In this document: piece after piece, positions 17,618 to 26,925 of the stretch
Numbering within the stretch: position 1 is the stretch's first letter
Layout of the letters: the number at the start of each line of letters is the position of its first letter
Virus record (IMG/VR): IMGVR_UViG_3300048911_000077
Direction: 5' to 3' (one strand)
DNA length: 64,000 nucleotides
Origin: an uncultured virus (IMG/VR IMGVR_UViG_3300048911_000077)
Lineage: Duplodnaviria > Heunggongvirae > Uroviricota > Caudoviricetes
Program-made: the position numbers and the translations under genes
Notes under the pieces: model-generated
Told to the model about the DNA's origin: nothing
Database searches by the model: none
The model's input: the letters and a program-made list of their open reading frames with translations, nothing else

Positions 17618-17700
17618 TGGAGGATGAGATGGGGTACGATCCCACATTTACAGTTCCAATTACCCGTAGCTCTTTAGAAGAAAGCTGGGACTACTCATCC
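17618..17700 (-). tRNA. tRNA-like RNA lacking a normal D arm, TCT (Arg) anticodon-like loop
   Basis: GGATGAG/CTCATCC acceptor plus T-CCA; GTGGG-ATCGTAC-CCCAT T arm; AGCTTT-CTTCTAA-AGAGCT. Confidence 0.7.
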
Positions 17701-18029
17701 AGAATAAAATGATGCTGACTTGTATGTTGATTTAAATATATTCAACAGCCAGTGTTAGCATCAGAATTCATTGCTCCCCGTCACACTAACAAGGAAGACT
17801 TTAAACTCTCGTCAGAATTCTTAAAGCCCCTTAAAGGGAATTAGACAATCTTCGTCAAGATTGAATGTGTTCACAAATAAATTAAAGACAATTAAAACCA
17901 CTTTATCCGCACACTGGCTGGACCTTGTTACAGGTAGGGAAGACAACCTTAAAACTAAAAGGGATCAGAAGTCTTTTTACTTCAACTTCACATCACCCAA
18001 TCTCAATTTAACAAGAACAGGGTAAATCA

Positions 18030-18285
18030 ATATGAAGGTGCTCCGCGATTGCCTCAATGACAACTCTCCCGAAGGCTTTAGTGATATCAAGGCTCTAAAG
18101 CATTTGATATATTAGCTGAATAATACCACCTTATGTCAGCGTCACACATACTCAGCCGAAGCATCTTTTGTAATATGTGAACCTTAAGCCTTGCTCTCAC
18201 CCTACCGACGAACATATAGAAATCGCTAGAGTTGTGCCATATCACCAAGGCTTTCCGCCCAACGACCACGCGTTCTCGGACTTGT
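18030..18285 (-). ncRNA. Multi-pseudoknot structured RNA candidate
   Basis: Five perfect long-range complementary pairs, two UUCG loops, upstream TTGACT promoter-like element at ~18291-18320. Confidence 0.65.
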
Positions 18286-18344
18286 ATTACTATGTTATAG
18301 TATAATGTCTCAAAAGTCAAGCATTTGCTATAATAATATTAAAT

Positions 18345-18497
18345 TTATTTTACATCAGAATAAATACGTTTGAACTGACTGTTCCTATTCGTAAGGCTTT
18401 CGTGCGCGTATTCAAATTTGAAGTCAGGATCAAATTCTTCAAACTCTTGCACTTCATACTCTTCTTCGTGTCCTAAATATTCTTCATAGTCTTCCAT
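18345..18497 (-). CDS. Acidic 50-aa hypothetical protein (not in ORF track)
   Basis: MEDYEEYLGHEEEYEVQEFEEFDPDFKFEYAHES...; overlaps the end of the HNH gene. Confidence 0.45.
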   Translation of the reverse strand: MEDYEEYLGHEEEYEVQEFEEFDPDFKFEYAHESLTNRNSQFKRIYSDVK

Positions 18498-19264
18498 CTT
18501 TTACTCGCTTTTCTTTTTAGTCTAGCAATCTTTTCCCATTCTTCAGGCATCTTTGCAGACTTCTCAAGATTGCAAGTGGGGCATAATAGTTGTAAGTTAT
18601 CGGGCCAATTTGACCCACCTTTTGAAATTGGTATTACATGATCGATATGATAGCCAAGAATGTCTAATGACTCCCAACATCCATTACAGTAACCATCTTG
18701 CTCTGTCTGTAAATCAAGAATATCTTTAGATGTGAACGTACCACCAACTTCTTTTATTCTTGCTCTACGGTTATGCCTGTGTGCACCTTTCTCTTCTTTG
18801 TATACCTTAGCGTACCACTCACCATACTCTTTAACACAATTTACACACAAACCTGATTTAGTGATTCTTTTACACAAATGTCCCTTCTGATAGCATGCAT
18901 GCCCAGTGTAATAAAACTTCTCCCCTAAATACAAAGCAATCTCTCTGCTCTTAGGGAGAATATCTAGCTCCATTTCAAGAAGTCTTACGGATTCTGCACT
19001 ACTTGGATCTGCTGTTTCACGGAGGAACTCAATAACTGTTTTTGCATAATCAACCGCTTCTTTTGCTTTTATCTTTCTTGCTGCCCTATCTTCAGAGGCT
19101 TGTGACCTGTTATATTCTAACAACTCATTCCGCTCTTGTATGCATTCCAAACAAGCGTTAGAATTTACTAATCTTTCTGCTATGTGACCGTTACTGCACT
19201 CTTCACCAATAAAATAATAAGTCTCACCTGCTTTCCTTGCTTCTGATCTTGTTGTTATGGTCAT
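18473..19264 (-). CDS. HNH endonuclease with N-terminal Zn-binding repeats
   Basis: C..C...HIDHVIPISKGGSNWPDNLQLLCPTCN; two Y..G..C..GH...R....C..C repeats. Confidence 0.9.
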   Translation of the reverse strand: MTITTRSEARKAGETYYFIGEECSNGHIAERLVNSNACLECIQERNELLEYNRSQASEDRAARKIKAKEAVDYAKTVIEFLRETADPSSAESVRLLEMELDILPKSREIALYLGEKFYYTGHACYQKGHLCKRITKSGLCVNCVKEYGEWYAKVYKEEKGAHRHNRRARIKEVGGTFTSKDILDLQTEQDGYCNGCWESLDILGYHIDHVIPISKGGSNWPDNLQLLCPTCNLEKSAKMPEEWEKIARLKRKASKRWKTMKNI

Positions 19265-19397
19265 GCCTTACTCTTTCTATGTGTTTAAGATACTAGATTA
19301 ATTCTTAAATGTCAAGTTTTGTAGAATTATATTTTGTTTTATGTTGTCTACTTTATGATTAGGGTTTGACTCTTAAGATTTAAATATATTTAATTAG

Positions 19398-19835
19398 TAT
19401 TAGATTTATAACTCCTAACTGAGTTCAGATAGGAACTTCAGATAAAGAAATACCTTACCCAGCCATACAGAACCAACGTTCTGCCTAAGACCGAGTAACG
19501 TACCTTATCTGATAGCTCTATCTGCCTCTGTCCGTTATAGCTGTTAAGCTTCCTAACTTGAGACGAGATTTAGTAGGTAAATAAATTACCTTATGGTCTA
19601 CACGGACAAACGTAGCCACCTTCAGGACAATGACACTAATAACGCATTGTCTCAACACATTGCATATCGCACGACTTTATTAGAATCGTTAGGGAGGTAG
19701 TGTTTTTCAGTTTACCTTGCAGACTGTCCCATCACTCACAGTAGTCTGCTTGTTTAAGAAAGAAGCTGCCAGACACACAGGAAGCAAAGCCACCATGCTA
19801 ACCGACCTTCAAACCGATCCTTAAATAAGGAGTGC
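19398..19835 (-). ncRNA. Large structured non-coding element A (paralog of 50761..51235)
   Basis: No ORF of 60 aa or more; many stems; promoter TTGATC-N16-TATAAT at 19867-19840; shared blocks with element B. Confidence 0.55.
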
Positions 19836-19963
19836 ATAAATTATACACGAATTAAGAGATAGATCAAGCTTTAACTCCACCCACAACTCATCCGCTTTAA
19901 TTCAATAAAAGAAGTATCTCACATTTTATATCCAAATTGCAAGCTTTCTTATTAAATAGTTAT

Positions 19964-19973
19964 ACCGTTCGTC
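19964..19973. promoter_or_regulatory. AlgR-type binding box ACCGTTCGTC
   Basis: Exact match to the Pseudomonas AlgR consensus, between divergent promoters. Confidence 0.4.
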
Positions 19974-20006
19974 GGTAAATATACTGAAAAATATATTAAT
20001 AAAAGC

Positions 20007-20035
20007 TTGCTTTTTTATTCAAATTGTGCCATACT
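20007..20035 (+). promoter_or_regulatory. sigma70-type promoter
   Basis: TTGCTT-N17-CATACT with TGn extension. Confidence 0.5.
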
Positions 20036-20068
20036 CTCTTTATAAAATTAACCGGAAGAGAAATTAAT

Positions 20069-20338
20069 ATGAAGACTCCAGATTCCGCGATACTAGATGT
20101 AAAATCTAAAATTGCAAAATTGATTTCCCAGTTTATGCAAGAAAATGAGCTAAATCAATATCAGACAGCCACGAAGGTAGGAACAACACAGCCTAGGATT
20201 AGTGATTTAGTGCGGGGTAAAATCAACCACTTTTCTGTTGAGAGTCTTCTACTTATTGCTATAAAGATTGGCATCAGTGTTGAACAGAGCTTCGACCCTG
20301 AATATGGACTCACTATCCAATTAGGAGCTTTGAAATGA
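20069..20338 (+). CDS. XRE-family helix-turn-helix regulator
   Basis: LNQYQTATKVGTTQPRISDLVRGKINHFSVESL. Confidence 0.85.
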   Translation: MKTPDSAILDVKSKIAKLISQFMQENELNQYQTATKVGTTQPRISDLVRGKINHFSVESLLLIAIKIGISVEQSFDPEYGLTIQLGALK

Positions 20339-20700
20339 CCAAACTTAAGCTAATAGAAAACCCTATGGCAAGAAACGCTTTGCAATATTCTACAAACGTG
20401 AGAAGCTAGCTGAGTTTTCCACAAGAGAATCTGCAAACGCATTTGCTGAAATCTATTTGGTACCGCCGTACAATATGAATAGCTGCTGGAGGGTTTGATG
20501 AAAGTATGCTGTGAGAATGGTAGAGCAATATCAGAAATGAATAATTTTGATAGACTTTAATGCAACCATGACCACTGGACAGGGCCTGTAAATCTGGAAG
20601 ATTTCCTACTATACTCATGTGGAAAGCTGGCCCTGGCAGAATGCATCAGTGCACATCACCTTTCAACGCTTATACCTAACAGAGTTACCGAGGAAAGCAC

Positions 20701-22447
20701 ATGAAAGAAAATGAGATACGCTGGTTGTTGAATCTTGATCCAGATCGTCTCTCGGGAACGATTCAAGAGCTTCTTATGCGCCCAAACATTCTTAACATGC
20801 CTTACCACAAAGCACTAGAGTATTTGGTTAAACAGACCTTGGAGGAAAAGAAAGCTTTGACAGAAGAGAATCGTGTGCTAAGCTCCGTCTTGAAACGTGA
20901 GGGGTTGTATACCCGACAGAATGTCCTACCAAATCATGAGGAGAAATAGCTTGAATCGAGTACAATATTTGTTGACAAAGCTTGCAGAAGAGGCTAGCGA
21001 AATCGCTCAAATTGCTTTAAAGTCCCAACAGTTTGGAGTTTATGAGATTTGTCCTGACTTGCCTGAAAGTAATATTGAAAGGGTAAATAAAGAATTCAAT
21101 GATCTTCTTGGTGTTGTTGCTATGCTCAATATTGAATTGGGTTACGAAGCCTTGGGTCCAGTAGATACTTGGATTGAAAATAAGATTGGTAAAGTTAATA
21201 AATACTACCAATATAGTATTGAATGTGGACAGGTGAGTAAATGACACATTTCAAAGATCTTAAACGAGAAACACTAGACAGCTTGATCATTAACGATGAA
21301 CGTACATCACTTGTTTTCAGAACATTGTCAGGATTTCTCTATTTCTACGAAGGTAACATCCGTAGCATATCAGGCGTCATAGCCTTTGATGCAAAGTATG
21401 GGAATACTGAAGGGTTGCCTTTGAAGAGACTCAAGTACACAGATAATTGCCTTCAAGTGCCATTTGAAAAAGAATTCTTAGTCATTATTCACAATGGCTT
21501 GACTTATCAAGGGAAAGTGCTAGAATCTGTGTTGAAGAATGCTGCTAGTTATAGTCAAATCGTAGAAGACTTTTAAGGAGGGTGTAAACAATGACTAATC
21601 TAGAAATAGCTGAATCTCTTGTTTGTATTTTTGAGATTTTGAACTGCCCCAGAAAAGGTAATAATAGGTCACTTACTTATTTAGCTAAAGATATTGACCT
21701 TCTAATGGATAAATTAGAAATTGCAAGTAAAGAATTAGGTCTTGACATGTATTCTGGGCATACAGATAATTTAAAAGGTATTGAATAATGGAAACAGTAC
21801 CAGGAGCCCTATCAAACGGAGTATACACATCAGAATCTGGTTTAGTGTATTATGTCGGCGATGGTAAAGATCATCTCTTGAATATCATTGCAACTATTGC
21901 TACACTAGTGGAAGGCGATGTTTCTTTTGAGAAAGCTGTTGCGACGATTGAGACAGAGATTAAGGATTTGTAAGTGTATAGGCTTACGATGTAGTGTACA
22001 ATGTTAGCTTATAGGTGTACAAGATGATATTTACAAAAGAAGATAAGGAACTTATACTAAGTCAATACTTAGCCTGGGTAGATGAAGTTTGTGATGATCT
22101 TGGAGATAAGAACTATTTCTATCCTGAAGAGATTGTTGAAAAAGTATTGCAATTAGTTGAGAATAAGATTAGTATGGATGAGAAGCTTAGGGAAAGGCAG
22201 AGTTGGAAGAAGAGTGTAGGGGAAAGTGGTGAGGTTGTGTTTAAAATTAATTAAATAGGAGAAAATGATGACAGCTTTTTTGATTACAATTTTTATTTTG
22301 CATATATTGGGCGTTGGGGGTTACCTTTCAGAGATTAGTACTAAAACATATCCTTACACTCAGAAAAAGACTTATGGTGGGGCATGGTTTAGTTTACTGG
22401 TTACTCTGGTTTTCGCTGTATGGGCAGGTGTATTGTTGTTTAACTGA
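20701..22447 (+). other. Cluster of small hypothetical genes (20701, 21241, 21591, 21788, 22015, 22265 membrane)
   Basis: Tightly packed co-oriented ORFs with RBS. Confidence 0.6.
20951..21244 (+). CDS. MazG-like nucleotide pyrophosphohydrolase
   Basis: LAEEASE...K...FG...EFNDL acidic metal-binding pattern; TTG start after GAGGAG. Confidence 0.65.
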   Translation: MNRVQYLLTKLAEEASEIAQIALKSQQFGVYEICPDLPESNIERVNKEFNDLLGVVAMLNIELGYEALGPVDTWIENKIGKVNKYYQYSIECGQVSK

Positions 22448-22463
22448 TAGAAGGAAATATATT

Positions 22464-23297
22464 ATGGGTGCCAAGCAAAGACAGATCATGATGGAAGTGG
22501 ACGGCCTGGAAGTGGCAGTTCCTAGAACTCGTACTCGTAAAACTAAGACAGGAGGGTCTGCTGTAAATCGTGACAAATTTGCTGAAGAGAAAGTATTTAA
22601 TGCAATGCCGTTTACACCCATTGGTGATGCACAGAAGCTAGGTGCTTATTATCTACAAGAGGGCCGTAAAATTGTAGCATTACAAGGGCCCGCAGGTGGT
22701 GGTAAGTCAATTCTGGCAGCTTGGCACGCAGCAAACCAATTGCGGGATAAAGCTATCCATAAACTTTTCCTAGTTCGTCCTTATGAGTCTTGTGGTCGTA
22801 CAATTGGTGCAGTTCCTGGCACTGAAACAGAAAAATTATCAATGATCTTTACAAATATTTTGGAGCACCTTAGTAAATTTCTTGGTAAAGCACAACTTGC
22901 CTATATGCTTGAAAAGAAAGTTGTTGAATTCAAAAGCGTCGAATGGCTGCGTGGATACTCTTTTGAGGATGGTGTTATGGTCTTGTGTGAAGAGTCGCAA
23001 GGCTTTGATACTGACCTTATGCAAATGATGACTACGCGGGTTGGTGATGGAGCTCAACTTTGTCTGACGGGAGACTGGCGTCAAAAAGATATCAAGAAAG
23101 AAACTGGACTATTGTATCTCAGCCAACTTTTGGAAAGTATCAAAGAGAATCCACCAAAGTTTCTAGATAAAGAAGATATTTATGAACTAGAAAATAATAT
23201 CGGATTTGTAAACTTTACATTTGAGGACAGTGGACGCCGTAGTAAGTTGACCAAGGCGCTTGTTAAAGCATTCTATTTTGAAAAGGGGCGTAGTTGA
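22464..23297 (+). CDS. phoH: PhoH-like ATPase
   Basis: GPAGGGKS, LRGYSF, EESQ, TRVGDG, GD..QKD motifs. Confidence 0.9.
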   Translation: MGAKQRQIMMEVDGLEVAVPRTRTRKTKTGGSAVNRDKFAEEKVFNAMPFTPIGDAQKLGAYYLQEGRKIVALQGPAGGGKSILAAWHAANQLRDKAIHKLFLVRPYESCGRTIGAVPGTETEKLSMIFTNILEHLSKFLGKAQLAYMLEKKVVEFKSVEWLRGYSFEDGVMVLCEESQGFDTDLMQMMTTRVGDGAQLCLTGDWRQKDIKKETGLLYLSQLLESIKENPPKFLDKEDIYELENNIGFVNFTFEDSGRRSKLTKALVKAFYFEKGRS

Positions 23298-24094
23298 TGT
23301 CAGATATTTCAATGATGAGCAAGCCTAGCCAGCTAATCAGCAAAAGTTTTGTGAGTAACGAGTATAACTTGTATCTTCATGGTGAAATTTCTCACGATGC
23401 TGATGAATACTTGGAACACTTTGCTGTATACCACCAAGCTGGCCCTGAGGATTTTATCCGGCTATGGATTCAAAGCCCAGGTGGTTCTGTAGCAGTAGGT
23501 CACCAATACATCCAACACATGCAACGTTGTCCTGCAACAATTGTTGCTGTAATTGGCATGGGAACAGCAAGCGAAGGGACAGCTATCTGTCTTGCAGCTG
23601 ACGATTGGGAAGTTGATGATATATCAACCTTTTTGGTGCACGGCTTCAGCTATGGCACATACGGGCACGAAGCACAAGTATATAACACCGCAACTTTCAA
23701 CAAAAAGCTGAATGAGCGGTCACTACGCAACACTTATAGTGGCTTTCTTACCGAACCAGAAATTTTGGAGGCTTTGAAAGGGGTAGACCTTCTTTTTGAT
23801 GGTGAAGAGCTTATTGAACGACTTGCTTTGTTTAAAGAATATCGTGATAATCAGCCCTGCAATTGTGGACAATTAGATTGCCCCCAGAATCAACGTCTAG
23901 CGGCTCTTGAACAAGAAGAAGAGTGTGATGACATGCCTTCAATTGACGAAATTGTTGAACAAGCTGTAACAAAAGCTCTGATTGCATACGACAAACAAAA
24001 AGGCGAAGATGCTAAGAAATTAGCCCGGAAATCTAAAGCTAAACCTGCGCAACCAGCTATGCAGCCCGAAGGTTTTGAAATTACTACCAAATAG
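23294..24094 (+). CDS. ClpP-like protease
   Basis: IQSPGGSV, GTASEG, FLVH motifs. Confidence 0.8.
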   Translation: MMSDISMMSKPSQLISKSFVSNEYNLYLHGEISHDADEYLEHFAVYHQAGPEDFIRLWIQSPGGSVAVGHQYIQHMQRCPATIVAVIGMGTASEGTAICLAADDWEVDDISTFLVHGFSYGTYGHEAQVYNTATFNKKLNERSLRNTYSGFLTEPEILEALKGVDLLFDGEELIERLALFKEYRDNQPCNCGQLDCPQNQRLAALEQEEECDDMPSIDEIVEQAVTKALIAYDKQKGEDAKKLARKSKAKPAQPAMQPEGFEITTK

Positions 24095-24097
24095 TTG

Positions 24098-24126
24098 TTG
24101 ACTCAAATAATCTGTCGGCTTACAAT
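24098..24126 (+). promoter_or_regulatory. sigma70 promoter with inverted repeat flanking the -10
   Basis: TTGACT-N17-TACAAT; TAATCTGTCG...CGACAGATTA. Confidence 0.7.
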
Positions 24127-24155
24127 AGCGACAGATTAACACAAAGGAGACTAAA

Positions 24156-24293
24156 ATGACCCTAAACGATATGGTAAACGAACTCGGTGATGAGTTTGAT
24201 GATTACTTGGCACTGAACGATCATGACTTTGAAGTAGATAGCTCATGGAGGTATGAGCCTGACCTTGAATACGCTCAAGGAGATTGTCAATGA
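24156..24293 (+). CDS. Very acidic 45-aa protein (not in ORF track)
   Basis: AAGGAG RBS; MTLNDMVNELGDEFDDYLALNDHDFEVDSSWRYEPDLEYAQGDCQ; stop overlaps next ATG. Confidence 0.65.
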   Translation: MTLNDMVNELGDEFDDYLALNDHDFEVDSSWRYEPDLEYAQGDCQ

Positions 24294-25120
24294 GTGAAAA
24301 GAAGCCTAAAGATATCGAGGTGGTGGTTGTCTCATTTACCGATTATACGTCATACGACTTCGTGGAGCCTGGAAGTTTCTTTTCAATGAGTGCTATGCAA
24401 GATTATTATTTCTACAAAACAAGTGATAGAAAATTAGCTCAAGATAAATGTGATGAAATCTTTGGACCAAACCGCTATGTTGTGAAGACATCAAAGAATA
24501 TTGTAAGTAAGTCTAAATTGGAATCTGGTGGGCTATCAGCGACGGGCACTTCTTGTCGAAAAGGGCAACGAGCACCTAATTAACATTCTTAACAAATTAC
24601 CTCATAAATTAACGTTTTAAAGGAGAGAATATGACTTACGATATTGTCTATAAAGAAGAAGATCAGATGTTCCACATGGATGGTAAGGCTGAAACATTCA
24701 TTGGTAACCACCTAGAGAACATCGCTCGTGAATTGCGCATTCAGGAAATGGATGATTGTTTGTCAGAGAGTCATATGCTTGCTGTACTAGAATCTAAAGG
24801 CATTATTGTGAATCTTCTTGAAGAAGATGGTTCTCGGATGGATTGGTAAGGAGGATAATATGTCATTTAATTTTGCAAAGTTTCTTTTAAATCAAACTAA
24901 GATGTGTAATGGACACCTTCAGTCTGAAGCTACTGGAATTACTGTTGAAGAAGGGTTAGAGATTTGTAAAGAACTTGAGGAATACACAAACAATCAATAC
25001 GCATTTACCCTTGAGCTTTGGACTTGTGGAAGTTTTAGTATTTATCAGCAAAGTTTCTGGAAGCCAGGGGAGCATATTCTTGGACACACTGAACGACTTA
25101 TTCTTGGTGTTAGTCCGTGA
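24290..25120 (+). other. Three small hypothetical genes (24290..24583, 24631..24849, 24860..25120)
   Basis: Co-oriented ORFs with good RBS. Confidence 0.6.
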
Positions 25121-25524
25121 AGGAAAAGTATGCGTTAGCTCTAATGGATATGACCTGTAGGTTTGGAGAAACCTCAGAAGCACAAAGGTTAAAAGTCGGT
25201 GCAATGATCTATAAGAATGACTCTTGCATAGCAATGGGCGTGAACGGCCAGCCACCGGGCTGGAACACAGAAGTTTGTGAAGATGAGCATGGACAGACAT
25301 TAGGCACAGTACGGCACGCTGAGGCCGCATGTCTTGAAAAACTTTATCTCAGCACTGAAACATCAGAAGGTGCTGAGATGTTTATTAGCCATAGTCCTTG
25401 TTTGAATTGTAGTTTGAAAATAGTGGCTGCAAAAATTAAACGAGTGTGGTATCGTAACGAATATAGGACAGTTGGGGGTTTAGCATATCTCAAAAGTCAA
25501 GGTGTTGAAGTAATCAAAATTTAA
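25117..25524 (+). CDS. dCMP deaminase-like protein
   Basis: KVGA...G.NG.P.G, HAE, SPCLNC Zn motifs. Confidence 0.85.
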   Translation: MKEKYALALMDMTCRFGETSEAQRLKVGAMIYKNDSCIAMGVNGQPPGWNTEVCEDEHGQTLGTVRHAEAACLEKLYLSTETSEGAEMFISHSPCLNCSLKIVAAKIKRVWYRNEYRTVGGLAYLKSQGVEVIKI

Positions 25525-25536
25525 AGGAGAACCTAA

Positions 25537-25947
25537 ATGACAGCTACAGAAAATATCCTTCTACCAGAAGAAATCATTGACACGTATAAGCTTCAATTCA
25601 AATCGCTATCAGAGTTCATGCAAGGACTTGGCTACACCTACGAAGGTCGGATGTTCGGTTCACCACACTTTGTAAGTTATGACTATGAGAACAAAGCTCG
25701 TAAGAGTATTTCTGTACACACGGCTTGTCTTCTGCACAACAGCGCTTACACAGACTCCTATGGTCGTGGATTTGATTACCCATTTGACTTCAGCCACTAT
25801 AAAATCCGTAAAGCTAAAGCTGCCAAGATTGTAAATATTGTGAACATCCAATTGAATAAGAAAACTGGACACATTCGCACTACAAGCAATCTTGTAAACT
25901 TTGTAGACAAGGCTTATGAATACATGCTTTATTCTAAATACCTGTGA
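25537..25947 (+). CDS. Hypothetical protein
   Basis: 136 aa with AAGGAG RBS. Confidence 0.6.
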   Translation: MTATENILLPEEIIDTYKLQFKSLSEFMQGLGYTYEGRMFGSPHFVSYDYENKARKSISVHTACLLHNSAYTDSYGRGFDYPFDFSHYKIRKAKAAKIVNIVNIQLNKKTGHIRTTSNLVNFVDKAYEYMLYSKYL

Positions 25948-26224
25948 GGGGGATATGAATAGGTCAATAATCTATGTTTGGTCATCAGGATTCTGGATTT
26001 ATGGTGTTGACTATCACCATAGGACACATGCAGCTTTAGGTAACTATCAAGAAGTCGTGATTGGTGAGGGGTGGCACAGACAAGAGACTAGTTTGATGGT
26101 AAGTGATTTCATTCAAGAGAATCTATTACTATGGGACGATCAATAGAAATTTATAGAGCAGCTAGTCCTTGCGATTGGCTGCTCTTTTTCGTATAATAGG
26201 CTTATAAATTAACTAGGAGGTTTT

Positions 26225-26752
26225 ATGGACATTGTACAGAAAGCTAGGATATTCAGCATCGCAGCTCATGAAGCTGTTGGACAGAAAAGAAAATATACTG
26301 GAGAACCGTACTATCATCATCCAGCAGACGTTGCTATGACTGTCTATAGTGTATATGGTACAAATGAAATGATTGCAGCTGCTTACCTACATGACTGTGT
26401 TGAAGATACGAATGTTTCTCATCTAGTTATTGAAAGGGAGTTTGGACATGTTGTTGCAGAATATGTTTCTGGTCTAACTGATATTTCAATGCCACAAGAT
26501 GGTAATCGTTCAGTACGTAAGGCTATTGATAGGGCTCACACAGCCATACAATCACCGTCTTGCAAAACAATCAAGCTTGCAGACCTAATTTCAAACAGCA
26601 AATCAATCTGTGAACATGACAAAGACTTTGCAAAGGTTTACATCAAAGAGAAAGAGTTACTACTTGAAGTGTTGAAAGAAGGTGATCAGACTCTTTGGAA
26701 CCAGGCTAATGAAATTGTGCAGAAGGCTAAGAAGGAATTGAACATTGACTAA
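26225..26752 (+). CDS. HD-domain hydrolase, SpoT/Mesh1-like
   Basis: AH..QKRK.TGEPY..HP, LHDCVEDT, IKLAD..SN; own promoter TTGCGA-N17-TATAAT. Confidence 0.85.
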   Translation: MDIVQKARIFSIAAHEAVGQKRKYTGEPYYHHPADVAMTVYSVYGTNEMIAAAYLHDCVEDTNVSHLVIEREFGHVVAEYVSGLTDISMPQDGNRSVRKAIDRAHTAIQSPSCKTIKLADLISNSKSICEHDKDFAKVYIKEKELLLEVLKEGDQTLWNQANEIVQKAKKELNID

Positions 26753-26925
26753 AGATAAATTAGCAAAAGAACTTGAATTTCTGAAACGTGATCTTGACAA
26801 ATGTGATCGTCGTTGCAAGCGTATAGCTAAAGCTTGTGACATTCCACCAAATGATCTTATTAGCTTCTCTGTACAACAGACTCAAGATGTATTGGATTAC
26901 ATTGAATCACTAAAGGAGAAAGAGA

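Noticed and set aside
17618..17700. Amber suppressor (CTA) reading of the tRNA-like loop, and genome recoding
   Set aside because: The stem pairs only when the loop is CTTCTAA (TCT). Genes are intact in the standard code and TAG is used as a normal stop.
18087..18320. 77-aa ORF on minus
   Set aside because: Starts at the TTG of a -35-like element, has no RBS and overlaps the structured RNA candidate.
19398..19835. Element A or B as a group I/II intron or tmRNA
   Set aside because: No interrupted gene, no P7 or domain V motif and no tRNA-like ends seen.
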